A stretch of DNA of 32,000 nucleotides from Alkanindiges illinoisensis DSM 15370 (GTDB taxonomy: Bacteria; Pseudomonadota; Gammaproteobacteria; Pseudomonadales; Moraxellaceae). Positions 17,707 to 27,658 of this stretch are shown here, one piece after another; the first letter of the stretch is position 1; every line of letters begins with the position of its first letter. The notes under the pieces were generated by a model, which saw only the letters and a list, made by a program, of their open reading frames with translations, was not told the origin of the DNA and made no database searches. The stretch lies in assembly GCF_000619845.1 (NCBI RefSeq), contig NZ_JHUX01000004.1, forward strand, positions 210,001 to 242,000. Reading direction: 5' to 3'. A program made the position numbers and the translations under genes.

Positions 17707-19434
17707 ATGTTCATGGCTGCTGAACAAACAGCGACGATATCATTTGGTGGTCTGGCACGACGCCTGGTTAATGACGGTGTTGTTACGGCTGCCAATATGC
17801 AGCGCGCAATTAGCGAATCACAACGTGATAAAACCACGCTGGTTACTGCATTAGTGTCTAATATTGGCGTTTCAGCAAGCCAGATTGCCAATATTATTGC
17901 CCAAGAATTTGGCGACCCGCTATTTGATCTTGATGCGCTGGACAATGACGCTATCCCACGCGATATTGTTGAAGAAAAAATCATTCGTCAGTTTTCTGCG
18001 CTACCCATTTTCAAGCGCGGCAATCGCCTGTCTGTGGCAATGAGTGACCCGACCCGGGTTGAAGCCATTGATGCCATCCGCTTTAACAGCAAGCTTACTG
18101 TTGATACAGTTGTGGTTGAAGAAGACAAACTTCAACGCATGATTGAAAAGTTATATGCCGGAGCCAGTAATTTTGCCAACTTTGGCGATGATGGCATGGA
18201 CTTTGACTTGGAAACCGATTCAATTGACGGACAAAATGCTAAAGACGATGATGATGGACCTGTTGCTGACGAAGCCCCGATCGTTAAGTTTGTCAATAAG
18301 CTGCTGATTGATGCCATTCGTATGGGTGCTTCCGACTTACATTTTGAGCCCTATGAAAAAACTTACCGGGTACGTTACCGGGTTGACGGCGTCATGCGTG
18401 AAGTGGCCAAACCACCGGTGCAAATTGCTACCCGGCTAGCAGCACGCCTAAAAGTGATGTCACAAATGGACATTTCAGAGAAACGGGTTCCGCAGGATGG
18501 CCGGATTAAGCTTAAGATTTCCAAAACCAAGGCCATTGATTTCCGGGTAAATTCGCTGCCTACCCTGTTTGGTGAAAAGCTGGTGCTGCGTATTCTGGAT
18601 CCTTCAAGTGCCATGCTAGGGATTGACGCACTGGGTTATGAGCCTGAGCAAAAAGCCCTGTTTATGGATGCACTGGACAAGCCTCAAGGTATGTTACTGA
18701 TTACGGGTCCTACCGGTTCTGGTAAAACGGTATCGCTGTATACTGGCTTAAACATCCTTAATACCGTTGAAAATAATATTTCAACTGCAGAAGATCCGGT
18801 CGAAATTAACCTTGAAGGCATTAATCAGGTTAATGTGAACCCTAAAGTAGGCCTTACCTTTGCCAGTGCCTTAAAATCATTTTTGCGTCAGGATCCCGAT
18901 ATCATCATGGTAGGGGAAATCCGTGATCTGGAAACCGCAGAAATTGCCATTAAGGCGGCACAAACCGGTCACATGGTACTGTCCACCCTGCATACCAACA
19001 GTGCGCCAGAAACCCTGACCCGTCTGCGCAATATGGGTGTTCCGTCCTTTAATATTGCAACCTCGGTAAATCTGGTTATTGCCCAGCGCCTTGCACGCCG
19101 TTTGTGCAATAATTGCAAAAAATCGGTTGATATTCCAGCGCAAAGTCTCAAGGAAATGGGGTTTACCGATGAGGATATTGCGACAGGATTTACAGTCTAC
19201 CAGCCTATGGGCTGTAGCGAATGTCGCGATGGGTATAAAGGACGTGTGGGGATTTATGAAGTCATGAAAGTTACCCCGGAAATTGCCCGCATTATTATGG
19301 AAGATGGCAATGCCATTGAAATTGCTGATGCATCACAGCGTGCTGGCTTTGCCAACTTACGCCGTTCAGGCCTAAGAAAAGTGATGCAGGGAATGACCAG
19401 CCTGCAAGAAATTAACCGTGTCACCAGCGAATAA
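17707..19434 (+). CDS. pilB: type IV pilus assembly ATPase PilB (GspE family)
   Basis: 575 aa with an N-terminal MshEN-like domain, Walker A GPTGSGKT, Asp/His boxes (RQDPDIIMVGEIRD, TGHMVLSTLHTN) and the tetracysteine motif CNNC...CSEC. ATG 17713 is better spaced from SD AAGGTGGG and may be the true start. Confidence 0.93.
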   Translation: MFMAAEQTATISFGGLARRLVNDGVVTAANMQRAISESQRDKTTLVTALVSNIGVSASQIANIIAQEFGDPLFDLDALDNDAIPRDIVEEKIIRQFSALPIFKRGNRLSVAMSDPTRVEAIDAIRFNSKLTVDTVVVEEDKLQRMIEKLYAGASNFANFGDDGMDFDLETDSIDGQNAKDDDDGPVADEAPIVKFVNKLLIDAIRMGASDLHFEPYEKTYRVRYRVDGVMREVAKPPVQIATRLAARLKVMSQMDISEKRVPQDGRIKLKISKTKAIDFRVNSLPTLFGEKLVLRILDPSSAMLGIDALGYEPEQKALFMDALDKPQGMLLITGPTGSGKTVSLYTGLNILNTVENNISTAEDPVEINLEGINQVNVNPKVGLTFASALKSFLRQDPDIIMVGEIRDLETAEIAIKAAQTGHMVLSTLHTNSAPETLTRLRNMGVPSFNIATSVNLVIAQRLARRLCNNCKKSVDIPAQSLKEMGFTDEDIATGFTVYQPMGCSECRDGYKGRVGIYEVMKVTPEIARIIMEDGNAIEIADASQRAGFANLRRSGLRKVMQGMTSLQEINRVTSE

Positions 19435-19457
19435 GATTACTAGGGACGATAATAATC

Positions 19458-20684
19458 ATGGCAACTAAAAAAGCCGAATTGACGCCTAATTTTGTTTATG
19501 AAGGTGTAGACCGTCGTGGACAAAAAGTTAAAGGAGAAATTCCTAGTAAAAATATGGCATTGGCTAAGGTTACCCTGCGCAAGCAAGGCATTACAGTGGC
19601 TAAAATTTATCAAAAGAAAAAGGATCTATTAGCTTTTTTAAGTAAAAAGAAAGTCAAAACCCTTGATATCACCATTTTTACCCGGCAATTGGCTACCATG
19701 ATGAAAGCAGGGGTACCTCTGGTTCAATCCTTTGAAATTGTGGCAGAAGGCTTGGAAAATCCAGCTATGCGAGAAGTAGTGCTGGGCATCAAAGCAGAAG
19801 TGGAAGGCGGTAATAGTTTTGCTGGCGCTTTACGTAAATATCCACAATACTTTGATGATTTATTTTGTTCGCTGGTCGGTTCGGGTGAGCAATCAGGTGC
19901 TTTGGAAACCATGCTGGACCGTGTTGCAATTTATAAGGAAAAAAGTGAATTATTAAAACAAAAAATCAAGAAAGCACTTAAATACCCTATTACGGTTATT
20001 ATTGTGGCTGTAGTCGTAACTATTATTTTGATGGTCAAGGTAGTGCCTGTATTTCAGGACTTATTTGCTGGTTTTGGCGCAGACTTACCAGCTTTTACCC
20101 AGATGGTTGTTAACATGTCCAAATGGATGCAATCCTATTGGTATATTTTAATTATTGTAATTGGTGCATCAATTGGGGCTTTTATAGAAGCTAAAAAACG
20201 TAGCAAGGCATTTCGTGATTTTCTGGACCGTGCTGCTTTAAAAGCACCTATTTTTGGTGATCTGGTTTATAAAGCCATTATTGCCCGTTATAGCCGCACC
20301 TTAGCAACAACCTTTGCTGCGGGTGTACCCCTAATTGATGCACTGGAATCTACTGCAGGCGCTACCAATAATGTGATTTATTATGATGCAGTCATGCGTA
20401 TACGTGAAGACGTGTCCACAGGTCAGCAGCTTCAGTTTGCCATGCGTAGCACTGATCGCTTTCCTTCCATGGCTGTGCAAATGGTGGCTATTGGTGAAGA
20501 ATCTGGCGCGCTGGATGCCATGCTAGAAAAGGTAGCCACTCACTTTGAAAATGAAGTGGACAATGCAGTAGATGGCTTGACCAGTATGATGGAACCACTA
20601 ATTATGGCAATTTTAGGTGTTCTGGTTGGTGGCTTGGTCATTGCCATGTACCTACCAATTTTCCAGATGGGTTCGGTAATTTAA
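19458..20684 (+). CDS. pilC: type IV pilus inner-membrane platform protein PilC (GspF family)
   Basis: 408 aa with two GspF repeats (FTRQLATMMKAGVPL...; YSRTLATTFAAGVPL...) and three TM segments. Confidence 0.93.
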   Translation: MATKKAELTPNFVYEGVDRRGQKVKGEIPSKNMALAKVTLRKQGITVAKIYQKKKDLLAFLSKKKVKTLDITIFTRQLATMMKAGVPLVQSFEIVAEGLENPAMREVVLGIKAEVEGGNSFAGALRKYPQYFDDLFCSLVGSGEQSGALETMLDRVAIYKEKSELLKQKIKKALKYPITVIIVAVVVTIILMVKVVPVFQDLFAGFGADLPAFTQMVVNMSKWMQSYWYILIIVIGASIGAFIEAKKRSKAFRDFLDRAALKAPIFGDLVYKAIIARYSRTLATTFAAGVPLIDALESTAGATNNVIYYDAVMRIREDVSTGQQLQFAMRSTDRFPSMAVQMVAIGEESGALDAMLEKVATHFENEVDNAVDGLTSMMEPLIMAILGVLVGGLVIAMYLPIFQMGSVI

Positions 20685-21556
20685 TGCAAGACATTCTTCA
20701 GCTTTTATCCACAACCCCATGGTTACTTACTACTCTCATTGCCCTCTTGGGATTGTGTATTGGCAGTTTTTTAAATGTGGTCATTTACCGCCTGCCGAAA
20801 ATGATGGAACAGGAATGGCGCTATGAATGCGCCATTTTATTAAATGATAGCCCAGCCAGTACCACACCAATTGAGTCACCTGTACTAACTCTAAGCAAGC
20901 CTGCTTCAACCTGCCCGCATTGCCAGCACAAAATTCGCTGGTATGAAAATATTCCATTATTAAGCTGGATAGTACTTCGCGGTAAATGCTCAAACTGCCA
21001 AGCACCAATCAGTATTCGCTATCCTTTGGTGGAATTACTCACCATGTTAGCTTCTATTGCTGTCGTGCTCACTTTTGGCCCTAGCCTAAAAATGCTGACA
21101 GCGCTGGTTTTAACCTGGGTACTTATTGCATTAACCGGCATTGATTTTGATACCCAGTTGTTGCCCGATAGCCTCACGCTGCCGTTGGCAGGCTTAGGCT
21201 TACTGATCAATACCCAGAGCTTATTTGTTTCTCCTGCCCAGTCGATTTGGGGCTATATCATTGGCTTTATGGCGCTTTGGCTGGTTTATATTGTGTTTAA
21301 GCTGGTGACAGGCAAGGAAGGCATGGGTTATGGCGATTTCAAACTATTAGCGGCATTAGGCGCTTGGTTGGGTCCATTAATGCTGCCCTTGATTATCCTG
21401 CTTTCTTCACTGGTAGGCGCCATCATTGGTATTGTTTTACTTAAAATCCGTAAGGAAAATCAACCATTTGCCTTTGGTCCTTATCTGGCCATTGCAGGCT
21501 GGATTGCCTTAATCTGGGGCAACCAGTTAATGACTATTTATCTGGGCAATGGCTAA
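20684..21556 (+). CDS. pilD: prepilin peptidase / N-methyltransferase PilD (peptidase A24)
   Basis: 290 aa with CPHC...CSNC zinc-binding cysteine pairs, the catalytic-Asp contexts GIDFDTQLLPD and MGYGDFKLLAALGAWLG, and a polytopic membrane profile. It overlaps pilC by 1 nt (TAATG). Confidence 0.93.
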   Translation: MQDILQLLSTTPWLLTTLIALLGLCIGSFLNVVIYRLPKMMEQEWRYECAILLNDSPASTTPIESPVLTLSKPASTCPHCQHKIRWYENIPLLSWIVLRGKCSNCQAPISIRYPLVELLTMLASIAVVLTFGPSLKMLTALVLTWVLIALTGIDFDTQLLPDSLTLPLAGLGLLINTQSLFVSPAQSIWGYIIGFMALWLVYIVFKLVTGKEGMGYGDFKLLAALGAWLGPLMLPLIILLSSLVGAIIGIVLLKIRKENQPFAFGPYLAIAGWIALIWGNQLMTIYLGNG

Positions 21557-21577
21557 AGTAAGGAAATTCAATCCACT

Positions 21578-22180
21578 ATGGCTCTGATTATTGGATTAAC
21601 AGGCGGCATTGGTAGCGGTAAAACGGCAGCCAGTGACTGGTTTGCCCAGCAAGGGATTACTGTGGTGGATGCCGATATCGTGGCTCGTGAGATTGTTGCA
21701 CCGGATGAACCAGCCCTTAACGATATTTGCCAAGCTTTTGGCAACTGGGTATTACAGCCGAATGGTTCGCTGGATCGTGCGGCATTGCGTCAGCATATTT
21801 TTAGTCATCCTGAAGCACGTACAATGTTAGAACAAATTACCCATCCACGCATTCGCCAGCGAATCATTTCCCAACTGCAATACGCCACTTCACCTTATGC
21901 AATGCTGGTCTCACCTTTGCTGATTGAAAGCCGGCAACATGAACTGGTAAACCGGGTTTTACTCGTGGATGTGCCAGAACATCTGCAATTGTCACGCGCT
22001 AGTCTGCGTGACAGCCAGTCATCCGAGGCCATTGCCAAAATCATGCAGGTACAAATGCCGCGCCTGCAACGGCAAACACATGCTGATGATATTGTGGTTA
22101 ATGATGGTGACTTAGCCCATTTATATCGCCAGTTGATTCCATTGCATCAGCAGTATATGGCACTGTCTAACACTATTTAA
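21578..22180 (+). CDS. coaE: dephospho-CoA kinase
   Basis: IIGLTGGIGSGKT P-loop at the N-terminus, VDADxVAREIV and HPxIR. The position after pilD matches Pseudomonas pilBCD-coaE. Confidence 0.92.
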   Translation: MALIIGLTGGIGSGKTAASDWFAQQGITVVDADIVAREIVAPDEPALNDICQAFGNWVLQPNGSLDRAALRQHIFSHPEARTMLEQITHPRIRQRIISQLQYATSPYAMLVSPLLIESRQHELVNRVLLVDVPEHLQLSRASLRDSQSSEAIAKIMQVQMPRLQRQTHADDIVVNDGDLAHLYRQLIPLHQQYMALSNTI

Positions 22181-22194
22181 TCCATGTCGTTGTG

Positions 22195-23085
22195 TTAACC
22201 CTGACGCAATAGCCGCCATGGTTGTAATGCGCCAATTCCCATTCCTAGCAGTCCCACACCAATCGCAAGATTCAAAGGTTCATTTAACAAGGGAACTGCA
22301 GCCAGTGCGGCCAGAAATGGAGCTAAGGCCAGCAGACTACCAGTTTTAAAAGCGCCTAGCCGCTCTACCGCACCAATATAAGTGAGCATCGCAATAATGA
22401 CCACAAATACACCATGGAATACGCCCTGCTCTAACATCACCATGTGGCTAGCCTGCGCCAGTTTTTTGGGTAAAAAAAGTGCATACACCGGTAAATAAAC
22501 GATTGCTGTCCAGATAGCTACACCAGCCATGGCCTGCCACGGCGGTAACATCCAGCGCTTTAGAAACACCGTATAAATACCCCAAAGCGCGGCGCCCAGC
22601 ACAAAAAACGCATCACCTATGGATAGATAGAACTGTCCCTCATATTGCATGACAGCCATCATGCCGCCAAGTCCTGCCGCCATAAATAATAGGCTAATCC
22701 AGGTGTTTCTGCCAAAAGGCTCCTTGAGTACAATCCAGGCACTAATGGCAGTGGCCAGGGGCAGGAAACCATTAAGCCAGATTGCTGCATGGGCAGCGGG
22801 TGCATAGCTAAATCCGGAATAGACCGCACAGGAATAGCCAATACCGCCCAGTAATGCTAACCATAAAATCCGTTTATCCAGCAGGAATTTCAGCTCACGG
22901 CGCCACAATTGAATCGGCATTAACACTATAAAAGCCGTGGCAAATCGTAAAGCCGTAATATCCCAGGCAGTTAAATCCTGCTTGGCACCCAGTCGTGACA
23001 TCAGGGTAAAGCTGCCCCAGATCAGCATGGTGATCAGTAACAGCAAATAGCCTTTTTTTATATCTGGTGACACAGTCTGGTTCAT
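22195..23085 (-). CDS. DMT (EamA-type) family transporter
   Basis: 296 aa with about 10 hydrophobic helices in two EamA-like halves. It starts 2 nt after the rlmB stop, so the two are probably co-transcribed. Confidence 0.8.
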   Translation of the reverse strand: MNQTVSPDIKKGYLLLLITMLIWGSFTLMSRLGAKQDLTAWDITALRFATAFIVLMPIQLWRRELKFLLDKRILWLALLGGIGYSCAVYSGFSYAPAAHAAIWLNGFLPLATAISAWIVLKEPFGRNTWISLLFMAAGLGGMMAVMQYEGQFYLSIGDAFFVLGAALWGIYTVFLKRWMLPPWQAMAGVAIWTAIVYLPVYALFLPKKLAQASHMVMLEQGVFHGVFVVIIAMLTYIGAVERLGAFKTGSLLALAPFLAALAAVPLLNEPLNLAIGVGLLGMGIGALQPWRLLRQG

Positions 23086-23087
23086 GC

Positions 23088-23837
23088 TTATAAGTCCTGT
23101 CCACGCTGCCGGCAGGCCTCATATAACACCATGCCGGTTGCCACGCTAACATTCAGGCTTTGCAGTTGACCAGACATTGGAATATAGGCCATTTGATCAC
23201 ATTGTGCCTGGGTCAGGCGGCGCAAACCCGTATCTTCAGCGCCCATTACTATAGCAATAGCACCCTTGAAATTACACTCGTCAACCGGCTTGGCCTGCTC
23301 ATCCAGCAATGTGCCAATAACCTGCACGCCTTGCTCGCGAATGCTGGCTAGGGTGCGGGCCAGATTGGTTACCTGAATAAAGGCAATTTTTTCTGCGCCC
23401 CCGGCAGCAACCTTACGCGCAACTGGCGTTAGCCCTGCCGCACGGTCTTTTGGTACCACCACTGCATGCACGCCCATCGCGGCTGCAGTACGGATACAGG
23501 CACCCAGATTATGTGGATCAGTAATTTGATCAAGCACCAGCAAAAAGACATTCGCTTCACGCTGGATCAGTTGCTCCAAGTCTTGCTCATTCAGGCTGGG
23601 CGCTGCACGTACGGCGGCCACAATGCCCTGATGCTGGGGTGACCCGGCAAGTTTGGCCAGTGTGTCGCGGCTGGCACGCTGCACACTAATACCATGTGGT
23701 ACAGCTTGCGCCAGCACTTGCGTCAGGCGTGCATCATCACGGCCCTGCAAGATAAACAGGCTTAAAATACTTTCCGGCTGGATTTGCAATAAGGCTTCCA
23801 CACTATGCAAGCCAAAGTGATATTCAGGTTTAGCCAT
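23088..23837 (-). CDS. rlmB: 23S rRNA (guanosine-2'-O)-methyltransferase RlmB (SpoU/TrmH group 3)
   Basis: 249 aa with an N-terminal L30e-like substrate-binding domain (GLHSVEALL). SpoU motifs are present: DQITDPHNLGACIRTAAAMG, IVMGAEDTGLR, IPMSGQLQSLNVSVATG. Confidence 0.9.
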   Translation of the reverse strand: MAKPEYHFGLHSVEALLQIQPESILSLFILQGRDDARLTQVLAQAVPHGISVQRASRDTLAKLAGSPQHQGIVAAVRAAPSLNEQDLEQLIQREANVFLLVLDQITDPHNLGACIRTAAAMGVHAVVVPKDRAAGLTPVARKVAAGGAEKIAFIQVTNLARTLASIREQGVQVIGTLLDEQAKPVDECNFKGAIAIVMGAEDTGLRRLTQAQCDQMAYIPMSGQLQSLNVSVATGMVLYEACRQRGQDL

Positions 23838-23900
23838 AATTTTCAGCGCACATGAGAACGGCGATACGTTCTTGAGTTAGGGAAATAAAATTTGAGGGAG

Positions 23901-23940
23901 TTAAAAATGAAAAATCCTGTAGCGCCATGCCCTACAGGAT
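23901..23940 (-). terminator. rho-independent terminator downstream of ppnP
   Basis: On the minus strand, ATCCTGTAG-ggcatggcg-CTACAGGAT (23940-23914) is followed by TTTTCATTTTT. Confidence 0.7.
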
Positions 23941-24046
23941 CGACAGTTCAGCCAGCGGATTGAAGGCAGCAATAAAATCCTTTGAAGATGGAATTTTATT
24001 GCAAATAAAGCAAATACCTAAAAACGCAGGATGCACATGTGCGCCA

Positions 24047-24376
24047 TTAGCCTTCCAGATGACACACGTAATCCAGAGGTTCCTGGGTTTCAATAAAGAA
24101 ACGGCTGCTGCCCGGTACATAAAACGACTGGCCGGCACGGTAAAGTTCGCTTTCAGCCTGATCCGCAATTTTGACCCGGCATTCACCGGAAATAATTTCC
24201 ATGCGCTCAGGGACATGGGTTTCAAACACCAGCGGCTTTTCGGTTGGTAAAATGACACCAACTGTTTTTTTACTGCCATCATCAAACTGGACGGTATGGC
24301 TAATGCACTTTCCATCAAAATAGATGTTGGCTTTTTTAATAACCGTCACTTGATCAAATTGTGCTGGATTCATCAT
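24047..24376 (-). CDS. ppnP: pyrimidine/purine nucleoside phosphorylase PpnP (YaiE, DUF1255 cupin)
   Basis: FDQVTVIKKANIYFDGKCISHTV...GVILP...FxTxxPExMEIxSGxCxVK...YxAGxSFxVPxxSxF. The start is placed at ATG 24374-24376, 4 nt after SD GGAG. The track start at 24454 adds an unlikely 26 aa. Confidence 0.85.
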   Translation of the reverse strand: MMNPAQFDQVTVIKKANIYFDGKCISHTVQFDDGSKKTVGVILPTEKPLVFETHVPERMEIISGECRVKIADQAESELYRAGQSFYVPGSSRFFIETQEPLDYVCHLEG

Positions 24377-24523
24377 GTCACTCCGCAAAAGACCGCTGTA
24401 GTTTAGCGCAAGCACAAGTCGCCTCGCTAGAGCCTTTGGCAAAATATTCTGCAACTTAAGTCCTATACCAAGCTGTTATAAAGGCAAGCTAAATACAATT
24501 TGATTTTTAAGTAAAAAAACGCT

Positions 24524-24961
24524 TTATTCGCTTTTTGCCTGCCCTTGAAGAGTGGCTACAATCTGACGTGAGCCTGCCTGATCCCGATGTTCACCCAGAT
24601 AAATGCCCTGCCAGGTTCCCATCCTCAGGCGGCCCTGACGAATAGGAATGGTGAGCTCACAACCAAGCAGGCTAGTTTTAAAATGCGCAGGCAAGTCATC
24701 CGGCCCTTCATCGTTATGGCGGTAGTCAGATTCACCTTCCGGCACCAGCCGGTTAAAAAAGCTTTCAAAATCCAGCCGCACATCCGGATCGGCATTTTCA
24801 TTAATGCTTAAACTTGCCGAGGTATGCTGAATCCACAAATGCAGCAGCCCCAGCTCAAACTGCGCCAGCTCTGGCAATTGCTGCACAATTTCATGGGTAA
24901 CCAAATGAAAGCCGCGTGGCCGAGCCTTGAGACTAATTTCCTTTTGTTGCCATTGCATCAT
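24524..24961 (-). CDS. yjbQ: YjbQ family protein (UPF0047, secondary thiamine-phosphate synthase)
   Basis: 145 aa with RGFHLVTxEI, HTSASLxINENADPDVRxDxExFFNRLVPE, DDxPAHxKxSLLG and GTWQGIYLxEHR. Confidence 0.85.
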   Translation of the reverse strand: MMQWQQKEISLKARPRGFHLVTHEIVQQLPELAQFELGLLHLWIQHTSASLSINENADPDVRLDFESFFNRLVPEGESDYRHNDEGPDDLPAHFKTSLLGCELTIPIRQGRLRMGTWQGIYLGEHRDQAGSRQIVATLQGQAKSE

Positions 24962-25210
24962 AAACTGATTGTCCTATGAATATGTTGCCCTATAAATCGT
25001 AAGCAAATTTCAAACTAAGCGTGGATTAAACCAGCCTGCTCATGGGTCACTGAACGCTTGTGTTTCTTTAAGGATGCTTTTACCAGTAAAACTGCAAAAA
25101 CCCGTTTAAATGGCTTTTCTCGCTTTGGCAAGCTGTGTACTATCAGCATGATTCGTCACCTTATTGACCAGCTATTAATTCAAGCATATTTCATGAAATA
25201 AAGGGTTTGA

Positions 25211-26884
25211 ATGCTCACCAATTTAACATTACAAAACTTTGCGCTGGCCGAACAGCTATCACTTGATTTAGCAAGTGGTTTCAATGTGTTAACCGGTGAA
25301 ACAGGTGCCGGAAAATCGTTATTGCTGGACGCTTTATCGGTTTGTCTGGGCGAGCGTACCGATGTGGCGCATGTGCGTTTTGGCACAGACAAAGCTGATG
25401 TCACCGCCAGCTTTGACTATAAAAAAAATGACCCGATTGATGCATGGCTGAGTGAGCGCGAGCTGAATGACAATGCAGATCTGGATGGTGAACATGCTGA
25501 AATTCATTTACGCCGGGTCATTTTAAACAATGGCCGTAGCAAGGCATGGATTAATGGCCGCCCATCCAGCCTGACTGAACTCAAGGAAGCCGGACGTCTG
25601 CTGGTACAACTGTATAGTCAGCATAGCCAGCAACAACTGCTGGAACCTCCCTATCCCAAAAACTGGCTGGATCGCTACACTGGCTTGCAGGCTCAGGCCC
25701 ATGACGTGCGGCAGGCTTATCATCACTGGCAGCATTTACGTAAGGAACAGCAATCGGCACTGGCAGCAGCAGCCAGTCGGCAATCCCGCATGATTGAACT
25801 GGAAGCCCAACTGGAAGAAATTCTGCCACTGGCTACATTGAATTATACGGATCTCGAGCAGGAATATGACCGCTTAAGCCATTTTGAAAGCATGATGCAG
25901 GATTGTGCGGCGCTGCTGGATGGGCTGGATGAACAGGACAATAATGTCATGCAGCAACTGGCGGTGTTTAGCCGCCGCGCTGAAAGTCAGGCCAGCCGTT
26001 CAGCCCAGCTTGGCGAAGTGAGTGAACGACTGATTAATGCACAAAGCGAACTGACCGATGCCGTGGCCCTGTTGCGCCAGTTTGTTGATCAGCAAAATTT
26101 TGACCCGGAGCGCATGACCGAGCTGAATGAACATCTGGAAGTGTTTCATCGGCTGGCTCGCAAATACCGGGTGACGCCGGAAGAATTAAATGGTTTATCT
26201 GAAACCTGGCAAACCGAGCTGAATCGCCTGAATTTACTGGATGATCCGGAAGCGCTGGCCGCACAGGTTGAGCAATCGCATCAGCAATTCCTCAGTCTGG
26301 CGCAGGCGCTAGATCAGGCCCGACGCGCAGCAGCAACCCCACTGGCAGAAAACCTGACCCGTCAGGTACGCCCGCTTGCGTTGCCGGAAGCCTACTTTGA
26401 ATTTGGTTTTGAAACACTGGATCAGCCCAATGCTGATGGCCTGTCACACATTCAACTGTATTTTACTGCCAATAAGGGCATTCCTGCGCAAGCACTGGCC
26501 AAAGTGGCATCGGGTGGTGAATTGTCGCGTATTGCGCTGGTGATGCAGGTCATGAATGCTGAAAAAACCGAAGCGGATGTATTGGTATTTGATGAAGTAG
26601 ACGTAGGTATTAGCGGTGGTACGGCTGAAATTGTAGGCCGCCTGCTGCGTGATCTGGGCAAGCATGTACAAATCCTGTGTATTACCCATCAGCCGCAGGT
26701 GGCCGCACAGGCTGACCAGCACCTGCTGGTGGAAAAACAGCAAACCAAGCAGGCTTCCAGCATTATTTATGCGCTAGAAGACGAACAGCGAATTGTTGAG
26801 CTGGCCCGGATGTCCGGTGGTGTTGAAATTACTGAAACCACGTTGCAACACGCCCGTCACCTGCTGAACCTGAAATACTCCTGA
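25211..26884 (+). CDS. recN: DNA repair protein RecN
   Basis: 557 aa. N-terminal Walker A (LTGETGAGKSLLLDAL), a long coiled-coil middle, a C-terminal signature (SGGELSRIALV) and Walker B (LVFDEVDVGISG). Confidence 0.95.
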   Translation: MLTNLTLQNFALAEQLSLDLASGFNVLTGETGAGKSLLLDALSVCLGERTDVAHVRFGTDKADVTASFDYKKNDPIDAWLSERELNDNADLDGEHAEIHLRRVILNNGRSKAWINGRPSSLTELKEAGRLLVQLYSQHSQQQLLEPPYPKNWLDRYTGLQAQAHDVRQAYHHWQHLRKEQQSALAAAASRQSRMIELEAQLEEILPLATLNYTDLEQEYDRLSHFESMMQDCAALLDGLDEQDNNVMQQLAVFSRRAESQASRSAQLGEVSERLINAQSELTDAVALLRQFVDQQNFDPERMTELNEHLEVFHRLARKYRVTPEELNGLSETWQTELNRLNLLDDPEALAAQVEQSHQQFLSLAQALDQARRAAATPLAENLTRQVRPLALPEAYFEFGFETLDQPNADGLSHIQLYFTANKGIPAQALAKVASGGELSRIALVMQVMNAEKTEADVLVFDEVDVGISGGTAEIVGRLLRDLGKHVQILCITHQPQVAAQADQHLLVEKQQTKQASSIIYALEDEQRIVELARMSGGVEITETTLQHARHLLNLKYS

Positions 26885-27073
26885 TCAGCAGGCCAGTTTT
26901 GCTATAAGTGTTGCTAAAGCCTAGAAGACTGTGTGGTCATTGGAAGCTTTGATTTAGTAGTCTCGGATTTAGTAGCCTCCAAGCCTTGCATTTGCCGGTT
27001 TTACCCTTATTATTTTTATTACAATTCTGATAACTGCAGTGTGACCTATGCCCAAGTGTACTATGGTGCCTGC

Positions 27074-27658
27074 ATGGTCTACTGTTTAGGAGCATCCCCT
27101 ACCTTGGCAAAAACTTACCTAACCCATCGCTGTTTGATTGCACCACCGCAGCTGAATGATGATTTTTTTGCCCAGACCATTGTTTATATTGCCCGACATG
27201 ATGATCAGGGCGCCCAAGGTTTAATCATTAATCGGCCAAGCCATATTGAAATCAAGGACTTGCTGATTGATTTGCAGATTAGCCCGGATATTGTTAGGCC
27301 ACATGCGGTGCTAGAAGGTGGCCCTGTGCGTCCGGAAGCTGGTTTTGTGCTGCACACCGGCAATCCGGTGTGGCAATCCTCTATTGCCGTGAGTGAAAAT
27401 GTGTGTGTGACCACCAGCAAGGATATTCTGGAAGCCATTGCCCACAATGAAGGGGTGGAACGCTACCAGATTATGCTGGGCTATGCCAGCTGGCAACCGC
27501 ATCAACTGGAAGAAGAGCTGGCTAAGGGCGACTGGCTGGTCTGCGATGCCGATATGGAACTATTGTTTAACCTGCCGTATGAGCAGCGCTGGTCAGCGGC
27601 GGCAGCCAAAATCGGGCTGGATACCAACTGGCTATCGCCCGATATTGGGCATGCTTGA
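27074..27658 (+). CDS. yqgE: YqgE/AlgH family protein (UPF0301)
   Basis: [35 protein letters not shown]...GGPV...GYASWxxxQLExEL motif. The first 47 codons of the track ORF (from 26933) are Tyr/Phe/Cys-rich and look non-coding. I use ATG 27074; in-frame TTG 27104 behind AGGAG (27088-27092) is an alternative. Confidence 0.85.
   Translation: MVYCLGASPTLAKTYLTHRCLIAPPQLNDDFFAQTIVYIARHDDQGAQGLIINRPSHIEIKDLLIDLQISPDIVRPHAVLEGGPVRPEAGFVLHTGNPVWQSSIAVSENVCVTTSKDILEAIAHNEGVERYQIMLGYASWQPHQLEEELAKGDWLVCDADMELLFNLPYEQRWSAAAAKIGLDTNWLSPDIGHA

Noticed and set aside
23927-24318. ORFs 23927-24250 (+) and 23932-24318 (-) overlapping ppnP
   Set aside because: The third frame (24047-24376, minus) gives a clear PpnP/DUF1255 protein with an SD. 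The other two frames are out-of-frame shadows that extend into the terminator region.
25133-25146. CTGTGTACTATCAG upstream of recN, superficially SOS-box-like
   Set aside because: It reads CTG-N8-CAG, whereas the gammaproteobacterial LexA box is CTGT-N8-ACAG (CTG-N10-CAG). The spacing is wrong by 2 nt. If this is an Acinetobacter-type genome, it would also lack canonical LexA. I do not call it an operator.
26933-27073. 47-codon N-terminal extension of yqgE in the ORF track
   Set aside because: The composition is Tyr/Phe/Cys-rich ([17 protein letters not shown]), it has no homology to the YqgE family N-terminus, and it contains tandem DNA repeats. It is more likely non-coding leader, so the start was moved to 27074.
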